64,000 bases of DNA, taken from IMG/VR virus record IMGVR_UViG_3300030493_000012; one strand, given 5' to 3'. This DNA comes from a virus. This document shows, in pieces, positions 57,241 to 64,000 of the stretch (position 1 is its first letter; each line of letters begins with the position of its first letter). The notes beneath the pieces were generated by a model, which saw only the letters and a list, made by a program, of their open reading frames with translations, did no database searches and had not been told where the DNA came from. The translations under genes and the position numbers were made by a program.

Positions 57241-57465
57241 ATGCCGTTGCCCTCTCCAAAAAAATCACAAAATAAAAAAAGTTTTCTCTCTTCGTGTATG
57301 GCTAATCCAACTATGAATCGCGAATTTTCTGACAATAAAAGGCGATACGCGGTATGTAACAGCCTCTGGGAGAAGCACTTAAAGAAAAACAGTGCCGAAG
57401 AATTAGATTTCGAAGAAGTAATGAAAGAAGAAGAGAAGTGTCCTGTCTGGATTATTGACAACTAA
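57241..57465 (+). CDS. small head-associated-type protein (MP.P.P...F.S.CM...EF.D..RYAVC..W family)
   Basis: This motif is often seen in small phage proteins and protease N-termini. It is the only + strand gene in the packaging block. Confidence 0.6.
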   Translation: MPLPSPKKSQNKKSFLSSCMANPTMNREFSDNKRRYAVCNSLWEKHLKKNSAEELDFEEVMKEEEKCPVWIIDN

Positions 57466-58364
57466 AGTAAATTCTTAGAATAAGCTAGTTGTAAGTCAAT
57501 TTTGGTAATTTCGACTGTGGAAAGCAACTTCTGGATAATTCTGGCTGCTTCGCCTCTGTTGTGAACGAACAAAAATTGAACATTCGGAAAGCTTTGCACA
57601 CACTCTCTGACGTTATGAAAGATAAAATCTGGTGAAACCTTGGTTTTCGATTTTATCCAAGCTAATTCGTTGAAATTCAAGGCTACTTCAAATTTTTCCT
57701 CTATTAGCACAACCATTTGTTTGTTGGCAATTAAACTTCTTTGAAATTCTCTGGATAATCTGTCATAACCAGTTCCAAATGAGGAAATAAAATCAATTAA
57801 GGATTTTCGTTCTATAAAAAGCTCTTTAGCTTCGGAAGTATAATCTCCATAGTCTAATTTGCAAACTTCTGTTGGTAAAGCTAAATTTAACCCCTTCTGT
57901 TCGCGTGTATCGGTAATAATTTTGTCTAATTCAACAGTATGGAATCTAAAATCGTCATAATCATAAAATCTTTCCAACAAACCTAGCTCTTTACATAAAC
58001 CCAGATACTTTTGAGGAAATATTTTGTCATAATAAGCTATCGGAGGCAAATCATCTAGGCTTTTGATTTCAACATAAGATGGAACATAGACAATTTTGCC
58101 TTCATTTTTTCTCTGAATCAATAAGTTTCGACAATATTCCTGTTTTTTGTCTAAAGGCTGTAAATTAAGCCATTGCTTGAGGTTGGCTCGATTGATAAAG
58201 TCCTGCTTGAAGTATTGCTCCTGATTGCGAAAAGGAATAACCTCCTTGGTCAACAAATCAAAGCGTGGGCTATATTGATGAAAATAAGACTCTTGGCTTA
58301 GTTTATGTTCACGCCAGAAATGCTTGTTATCTTTAACTTCTTGGTTGCAAATTTGACAAATCAT
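57462..58364 (-). CDS. ERCC4/XPF-family nuclease with N-terminal C2H2-like zinc finger
   Basis: IITDTREQK, LDYGDY and FIERKSL.DF are the ERCC4 signature; CQIC...HFWREH at the N-terminus. Confidence 0.85.
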   Translation of the reverse strand: MICQICNQEVKDNKHFWREHKLSQESYFHQYSPRFDLLTKEVIPFRNQEQYFKQDFINRANLKQWLNLQPLDKKQEYCRNLLIQRKNEGKIVYVPSYVEIKSLDDLPPIAYYDKIFPQKYLGLCKELGLLERFYDYDDFRFHTVELDKIITDTREQKGLNLALPTEVCKLDYGDYTSEAKELFIERKSLIDFISSFGTGYDRLSREFQRSLIANKQMVVLIEEKFEVALNFNELAWIKSKTKVSPDFIFHNVRECVQSFPNVQFLFVHNRGEAARIIQKLLSTVEITKIDLQLAYSKNLL

Positions 58365-60266
58365 TTAGATTAAGGTTGGCGCAAACATTTCGGTCTTTTT
58401 AGCTTCTAGTTTAGTGAAAAACATATCAAAATATATCTTAGCCGCCCAATTAGCCATCAATAAACAAGTATAATTATCGCGCCTAGCTCTATTTACTGAT
58501 TTATCGCGTCTTAATTCTTGAGGCAAATCATATTGCAAAGTGCCTTGTGAAGTGGCTTTTACCTCAATAAGACCCAATTGAGCCTTGGTTTCGTCTATCC
58601 ATTCGTCTTGTTCATAAATCATTTCTGCCGTGGCTGAATTGTCGTCAATTTTTTCACCATTCTTATCTGTGTATTTAAAAGGTAATTTGACTTCAATATA
58701 ACGCTCAAACGCCTGCTTGTTAGCCTGACATTTTGAGCCAAACCATACTTTTTCAGCAGAAATTTGGTTATGGAGGCTTTCGTTCATGTGTCTAATTGAC
58801 ATAGAATGGAACTTTTGAGCATAAATGAAAGTTTTAGAGCTTTGATTATACTGATTTTTGGCTTTCTTAATTTCATCAATATAAGCGCGAGGCTCTTCTT
58901 CATCTAAATTAGCGTCAATAAAACCTAGCTTAATGTTTTTGTCTTTGGCAATAACAGATTCATTATAACCAGAAATAAACTCCGTACCAGAAGCATCAAT
59001 AGCACAGAATATGATATTAAACTGTGTTAGGAGGAAAGTAAAATAATCATAATGGTCTTTTAATTCACCACCCGCTCGACCATAAGTATGGACTAAGGTT
59101 ATTTTACGCTCATCAAAATTAACTAAATATACGCCCATCGCAAAAAAGTCCGATGATTTACTTGCTGAATAAGAAGGGTCAATTGTTAGAATATAGCTGG
59201 AATTTTTGTCACCAATAATTTGTGTAGTGGGAAAATTACCAACCTTAATCGTGCAATCTTGGAGTTTTTTGACATTGAAATAACTATCGCTGGCGTCTGA
59301 GAACAAAGCCTTGTATTCGCGCTTAAAATATTCAGAATTTTCGCCAATTGAAGTTTTAGCTGCTTCAATTTGAGTATAGTCCATGAATGAACCCTTTGGA
59401 ATCGCTTCATAGGACATCCTGATTGCAAAATAGCTAGGACGGTCTTTCTCGTCCTTTACTGCTGGAGGATTTTCAATGTTTTCAATGATTGATTGATATA
59501 ACTCATAAAGATATTCAAATTTATAAGAAGCAGAAGACAGAATGTGGTATTTGTTTTTTGGGAATGATATTCTATCGGCCTCAGTAATAACTCCAGCGGC
59601 AATAAGTTCATCTTCTCTGGCTCTAATCATTGATTCTTGACTGAAATCTTGTTTAGCTGTTAAGAATGGGCGAATTACTAATTCTTGAATATCTTTTGTA
59701 ATCAATAAACCTTCGTCCACGCATACGCACGATGCGCGTGTGCCGCGTAAGCCATCACCCCCGCTACCAGATGTTAAAGGCAAAGCAAACACTTCCGAAT
59801 TAGCCGGGCTTGGAATTTTGAGCCTAAAAATATCATTACCTTTTCTCAACGAGTCTGGAAAGCATTGTTTTAATAAAAAGTTCTCTTTATTGTTAATCCA
59901 CTTATCGCACTCTTCCAAAATAGCTCTTGAACGACGAAAGTTTGCAGAAATGATACAAAGCTTACTGTTAAAGTGAAAAATTGGATACAGTAAAGCAAAC
60001 ACGCTCAGCAAAAAAGATTTGCTCGAACCCCGCCCTGCTACAATAATGCCATTGTCTCTATATAACATCGCCTTCAAAATTAACTCTTGAATAGGCTCAA
60101 GTTTAATCTTAGTAAACAAATAAACCATGAAGCCTAAATTATATCTTAAGAATTTTGCCAAAGTAATTCTTGCCGTTACGTCATTCAAGGTTCCCGTTAA
60201 TTGCTTAACCTCTTCATTGAAATCTTTAACGCTTACAGTCTTTTGTGCTCCGGTGTACCAAGCCAT
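58365..60266 (-). CDS. terL: terminase large subunit
   Basis: Walker A GRGSSKS, motif LRGTRA..V.VDE, LSSAS, REY.A.F, nuclease TIDPS...SDF, and RRDNY. Confidence 0.9.
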   Translation of the reverse strand: MAWYTGAQKTVSVKDFNEEVKQLTGTLNDVTARITLAKFLRYNLGFMVYLFTKIKLEPIQELILKAMLYRDNGIIVAGRGSSKSFLLSVFALLYPIFHFNSKLCIISANFRRSRAILEECDKWINNKENFLLKQCFPDSLRKGNDIFRLKIPSPANSEVFALPLTSGSGGDGLRGTRASCVCVDEGLLITKDIQELVIRPFLTAKQDFSQESMIRAREDELIAAGVITEADRISFPKNKYHILSSASYKFEYLYELYQSIIENIENPPAVKDEKDRPSYFAIRMSYEAIPKGSFMDYTQIEAAKTSIGENSEYFKREYKALFSDASDSYFNVKKLQDCTIKVGNFPTTQIIGDKNSSYILTIDPSYSASKSSDFFAMGVYLVNFDERKITLVHTYGRAGGELKDHYDYFTFLLTQFNIIFCAIDASGTEFISGYNESVIAKDKNIKLGFIDANLDEEEPRAYIDEIKKAKNQYNQSSKTFIYAQKFHSMSIRHMNESLHNQISAEKVWFGSKCQANKQAFERYIEVKLPFKYTDKNGEKIDDNSATAEMIYEQDEWIDETKAQLGLIEVKATSQGTLQYDLPQELRRDKSVNRARRDNYTCLLMANWAAKIYFDMFFTKLEAKKTEMFAPTLI

Positions 60267-60269
60267 AAA

Positions 60270-61448
60270 TTATGAATTAATTACTCCTTCATCTAAACCC
60301 CAAATTTGAATATGCAAATCATCTAAACTCTTAATTCTTTGAATTTCATCTTTTAGCTTAGATTTTCGTACCTCGGCTAATTGTATTAATTGGTTTCTTT
60401 TGTCTTCGTTCTTCCAAGCTTCAATTAACTGAATTAAACTGGCATTTTCTAATACTCTATTCTTAATCCTATCATTTCTTGTACCTTCAAGATTTTTCCA
60501 AGCTGCTGATTGGCGTTTTTGGTTATCGTCCATCTCTTTACGCAAATTTTTAATGTCTTCAACTAATGACATCGAGATTTTTCGGCCTTCTGAATCATCG
60601 GCACAAGCAGATTTATAAGCCTTTAAGTCCTCTAGTTCGCCCTGCATATCTGTCAAAGCCACAATATCGCAACAAACATTACACACCAAGTCTAGCTCAA
60701 TCTCTGACAAATCGGGTTTATCCCAAATAAATCGAATATATGACTGTTCGAACAGTTCTTTGTTTTTTGGGTTTTTGTAATTATTAATCAACATTATATA
60801 ACGATACATGTGGCAAAACCTAATCAAAGACTTCATGCAGGTCTGTAGTTTAGGATTGTTATCAATATCATCAACGTTAATAGCGTTCAAAATATATTTA
60901 TTAACACGAAAAGCGGCTTTTCTAATTGTGGTCGGTGGCTCATAATCACCTTTAGAATTTTCGTTATTATTAGTAGCCTGACTGCCTAATTCATTTTTAA
61001 TATAATCAAGCACCAACCTTACTTCACCGCTGCCAAAAGAACATTCTTTCTTGAAGATAATATTGGTCATTTCTATTACCTTCATGGTTTTACAGTTGGC
61101 GGCAACAAATTCTTTCTGTTCCTCTGTTAAAAATGGTTTATCTTTGGTTTTGTTCTTTAATTCTTCTTCTAATTTGGTTTGGCGCTCGGTTAGAAAGGTT
61201 TTAACTGATTTAGAATACCTGCTTCTGCCATCCAGCTCCAATTCTGTCAATTCACCAAACGCCTCAATTACTAATTCTCGAATAGAAGGAGGATTGTCTT
61301 TGCGGCTGTTCCATAAATTAATGATTTTAGCCTCTTGTTCTTTTGTTAAAACAGAGTCAATGACAAAAGTAGCGGGCTTAACCTCTTGTTTTGGAGGCTC
61401 AATAACTGGCGGTTGTTCGAATAAACTAATATCTTCTTCTATATCCAT
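60270..61448 (-). CDS. hypothetical protein, candidate small terminase
   Basis: Immediately upstream of terL, with two LT.EQ-initiated helical repeats and a coiled-coil C-terminus. Confidence 0.45.
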   Translation of the reverse strand: MDIEEDISLFEQPPVIEPPKQEVKPATFVIDSVLTKEQEAKIINLWNSRKDNPPSIRELVIEAFGELTELELDGRSRYSKSVKTFLTERQTKLEEELKNKTKDKPFLTEEQKEFVAANCKTMKVIEMTNIIFKKECSFGSGEVRLVLDYIKNELGSQATNNNENSKGDYEPPTTIRKAAFRVNKYILNAINVDDIDNNPKLQTCMKSLIRFCHMYRYIMLINNYKNPKNKELFEQSYIRFIWDKPDLSEIELDLVCNVCCDIVALTDMQGELEDLKAYKSACADDSEGRKISMSLVEDIKNLRKEMDDNQKRQSAAWKNLEGTRNDRIKNRVLENASLIQLIEAWKNEDKRNQLIQLAEVRKSKLKDEIQRIKSLDDLHIQIWGLDEGVINS

Positions 61449-61453
61449 AATCT

Positions 61454-62122
61454 CTAAATGTCGAAATCTTTATTATAAACCAACTCTCTGGCTTGACGGC
61501 TAATAGCTTTTCTTATCATTTTCAAATACTTATGGCCGCGAGCCATTTCAACTTCTGTCTGATAACCAAGCAATTTGACGACTTTTTCATCATCCAAATT
61601 ATCAATAAAACACCATTTGTAGATTTTGAACTCATAAGGGCGCAAAACCAGTTTCATTTTTTTATTCAATTCACGAATTGCAGGCTCAACATCAGTAATT
61701 TCACCTGATTTTTCATAAACCTCCTTCTGATGGTTCTCAATAGGCAAAGGCATCTTAATATCGTGTGCGAATTTTTTGTTTTTGCACCATTTCAAGAATA
61801 AAGGACAACTTTCGCATTGAGTGCCATAAAGTTCACATAAATCGCCACCTTGGTTAAATTCACAGGCATTACAAGGCTTAGAATAGACCGAGAAATTATT
61901 ACGAATTAAATTACTTATCTGGTTTGAAATGATAGCATTGAGCCAGTTAACTAAAGGCTTCTTTTGGTCATATAAATGCCATTTTTTCCAAATATGAAGG
62001 CGTAAAATTTGCGCTACATCATCATAATCCATTGATGTTAAAGAAGTTAGAGTCCACTTTCCGCGCCTTTTCTTGATTTCGGTATCAATTGTGGCGATTG
62101 AGTCTTCAAAAGTGATAGGCAT
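61454..62122 (-). CDS. phage-encoded ECF-like sigma factor with Cys-rich linker
   Basis: Region 2: DYDDVAQILRLHIWKKWHLYDQKKPLVNWLNAIISNQISNLIR. Region 4: LRPYEFKIYKWCFIDNLDDEKVVKLLG. Six Cys lie between them. Confidence 0.75.
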   Translation of the reverse strand: MPITFEDSIATIDTEIKKRRGKWTLTSLTSMDYDDVAQILRLHIWKKWHLYDQKKPLVNWLNAIISNQISNLIRNNFSVYSKPCNACEFNQGGDLCELYGTQCESCPLFLKWCKNKKFAHDIKMPLPIENHQKEVYEKSGEITDVEPAIRELNKKMKLVLRPYEFKIYKWCFIDNLDDEKVVKLLGYQTEVEMARGHKYLKMIRKAISRQARELVYNKDFDI

Positions 62123-62141
62123 ATAATAGTATCTTATACCT

Positions 62142-62171
62142 ATTTTAACCTACCAAAGTTCCGAAAATCAA
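62142..62171 (-). promoter_or_regulatory. sigma70-type promoter TTGATT-N18-TAAAAT upstream of the sigma gene
   Basis: On the + strand, AATCAA at 62166-62171 and ATTTTA at 62142-62147. Confidence 0.5.
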
Positions 62172-62173
62172 AG

Positions 62174-62932
62174 TTATTTTGCTGGAAACATCGGCTCAAC
62201 TCTGCTGTCATCAAGTGTTTTCAGAATAAAACCTAGAATATCAGACCTTTTAATGTCCTCGTCCCCTAACGAAAAACAATAAATTCCATTATCTCTTGAT
62301 TGCTGATTATCAAAAAGGTCATAAATTCTTTTAAATGCTCCTTGTTTTTTAGCGGGCAAATCTGTTTGTGAAAAGTCACCAACAAAGACCATTTTAGACT
62401 TCATACCATATCTTGTCAGTAAAAGTTTATATTCACCAAAAGTATAATTATTGGCTTCTTCCATTAAAATGTATTTAACAGCCCAGCTTAAACCGCGAGC
62501 AAAATTAACAGGAACAAAAGTTACTCTATTGTCTTGCTGGAGTTTTTGATTATCTTCGGCCTTTAATAATTCTTGACATTTATCAGTGAATACTTGATAA
62601 TAGGGTAATAGCTTGCTAAGAAGGTCGCCTTTCAAGTAACCCAAACTGGCCGAATCAGAGACTTCTAATGCGGTTCTAACGAAAATAATATCAGAGACTT
62701 TCTTTGTTGATAGTAATTTTAATCCACAATAAGTTGCCAAAATTGACTTGCCCGTTCCCGCATTCCCGTTTACAAATACAATTTTTGATTTGCTATCTAA
62801 GATGGTATCAATAATTTCTTTCTGTTTAGTTGTCCAAGGCAATTCTTTTATGAAAATTGAGCCTTTGAATTTATCTCTTTGTGGAATCGTCGGTGAATTG
62901 TCTTTTAGATAAGAAACTTCTTGTTTTTGCAT
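62174..62932 (-). CDS. phoH: PhoH-family ATPase
   Basis: GNAGTGKS, LGYLKGDL..K..PY, FARGLS, EEANN, LTR.G..SK.V.VGD..Q.DL. Start placed at MQKQ (62932), downstream of GTGTAATTA at 62941-62949. Confidence 0.9.
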   Translation of the reverse strand: MQKQEVSYLKDNSPTIPQRDKFKGSIFIKELPWTTKQKEIIDTILDSKSKIVFVNGNAGTGKSILATYCGLKLLSTKKVSDIIFVRTALEVSDSASLGYLKGDLLSKLLPYYQVFTDKCQELLKAEDNQKLQQDNRVTFVPVNFARGLSWAVKYILMEEANNYTFGEYKLLLTRYGMKSKMVFVGDFSQTDLPAKKQGAFKRIYDLFDNQQSRDNGIYCFSLGDEDIKRSDILGFILKTLDDSRVEPMFPAK

Positions 62933-62939
62933 ATTTAAG

Positions 62940-63998
62940 TTAATTACACTCAAGAGGTTGCGGCTGGTGAACCTTTTTCCATCTATGGCTCGACTCTAAG
63001 TGCTTTATTAGATGCAATAGTTTATGTTTCATTATATAACCGTAAGTAGCCATGTCGTTTTTGATAAAATCTTTCAGTGTTGTGTATTTTCCAACAACCG
63101 CCGATATGTCGTCTATGGTGCGCGGTCTTCTTGGCTTATCGCGCATGTGCTCAATAGCGGTATCAATCAATTTCATTTTCCATAATCTATGATAAACCTT
63201 TTTCTCTTTATCTTTAAAATCTCTAAATGATGAATAGCTTTTAGCAACATTAAGTAAATCTTCTTTATTATAAATTTTAGAAAAAACATCGCCAACCTTA
63301 TAATTTAATATATCACTTTCGGTAATACTTTTGTTGCAAATTTTGTTTATCTTGTCTAAATTACCGACCAACTGTTGTTTTACATCTTCTTCGTATTTTC
63401 GATTGTTCTCTCTAATGTAAATAATGTTAATTTTCTTTTCTGCAAACTTTTCCAGCTTAAGAGCATCATTTTTATTATCAAGATGCCAACCTTTGCCGTT
63501 GTACTCAAAAGCTAAATTAAAATCTGGATAATAAACATCAACCTCATAAGGAGGAATGATTTTTCGACTATTGTATATAGCTTTGACACCTAAAATTCCA
63601 TCCATTATATCTTGAAGTATCATTTGCGGAATACTAAAACTACAAACCGCCATGTGACCGCAAATCGCCTCCAAAAAGCCGGAGTTTCTAGCTACTTGGT
63701 ACGCGGAACCATCTTTTGTTTGAAATTCTGCTCTCGACTTGTATTTCAAAGCAATTTCTTTTAATAAATCAAACGTTAAATCTCTTCCTAAAATTGTTTT
63801 ATTTCTTTTTACTAAAAGCTCTTTTCTAGCTTCCGTCTTTTTTCTTTCAAACTGCTCAGACCTCTGTAGTTTTAACCTCCTTGCCTTTGCTACAATAAGA
63901 GACTTCTTACATCCAAGTTCTGTAGAAATTAGTTGTGTTGAAGTATTTGGGTATAATTCTATTAATCTATTTGTTTTTTCGTCCGTCCATCCAAATGG
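62940..63998 (-). CDS. Vsr-like / PD-(D/E)XK putative homing endonuclease with HTH and three helical repeats, 5'-truncated
   Basis: The frame is open to the window edge (PFGWTDEKTNRLIELYPNTS...). PYEVDVYYPDFNLAFEYNGKGWH; repeats KYKSRAEF..KD..AY, SYSSFRDF.DK...VY and KYTTLKDFIKND..TY. Confidence 0.7.
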   Translation of the reverse strand, partial: PFGWTDEKTNRLIELYPNTSTQLISTELGCKKSLIVAKARRLKLQRSEQFERKKTEARKELLVKRNKTILGRDLTFDLLKEIALKYKSRAEFQTKDGSAYQVARNSGFLEAICGHMAVCSFSIPQMILQDIMDGILGVKAIYNSRKIIPPYEVDVYYPDFNLAFEYNGKGWHLDNKNDALKLEKFAEKKINIIYIRENNRKYEEDVKQQLVGNLDKINKICNKSITESDILNYKVGDVFSKIYNKEDLLNVAKSYSSFRDFKDKEKKVYHRLWKMKLIDTAIEHMRDKPRRPRTIDDISAVVGKYTTLKDFIKNDMATYGYIMKHKLLHLIKHLESSHRWKKVHQPQPLECN

Positions 63999-64000
63999 AT

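Noticed and set aside
1-64000. tRNA, rRNA, group I/II introns, integrase, lysis cassette
   Set aside because: No cloverleaf, rRNA-like or intron-like non-coding stretch was seen; the window is nearly fully coding. No integrase or endolysin motif was recognised. The single-TM protein at 36252-36503 is insufficient to call a holin or spanin.

Overview
The window is a 64-kb, AT-rich segment of a large tailed dsDNA bacteriophage (siphovirus-type tail tip, standard genetic code). I found no tRNA, rRNA or CRISPR array. Bases 1-14.7 kb (+ strand) hold early and replication genes under host sigma70-type promoters. These include a frameshifted BCS1-like AAA ATPase, small hypothetical genes, a Whirly/PC4-like SSB, glycosyltransferases and a Rad52-like annealing protein. 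The Pol III-type replicase there is broken into a stand-alone PHP gene, a DEDDh exonuclease and a dnaE fractured by a naturally split intein, with an antisense GIY-YIG endonuclease between the halves. Bases 14.7-64 kb hold the morphogenesis region, mostly on the - strand: five tail-tube paralogues, lambda-like M-L-K-I-J on the + strand, a 2145-aa tape measure protein, head-tail joining genes, fibres, capsid, protease/scaffold, portal, ERCC4 nuclease, TerL, an ECF-like sigma factor and PhoH. Free-standing HNH, LAGLIDADG and Vsr-like endonucleases are interspersed. The most notable features are (1) the fractured dnaE and (2) a phage sigma factor together with a recurring GTGTAATTA motif upstream of most late transcription units. 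Also notable are (3) an IS607-type HTH fused to the portal, (4) a Whirly-like SSB and (5) a GT9 split across two genes. All family assignments come from motif recognition by eye; no database search was run.
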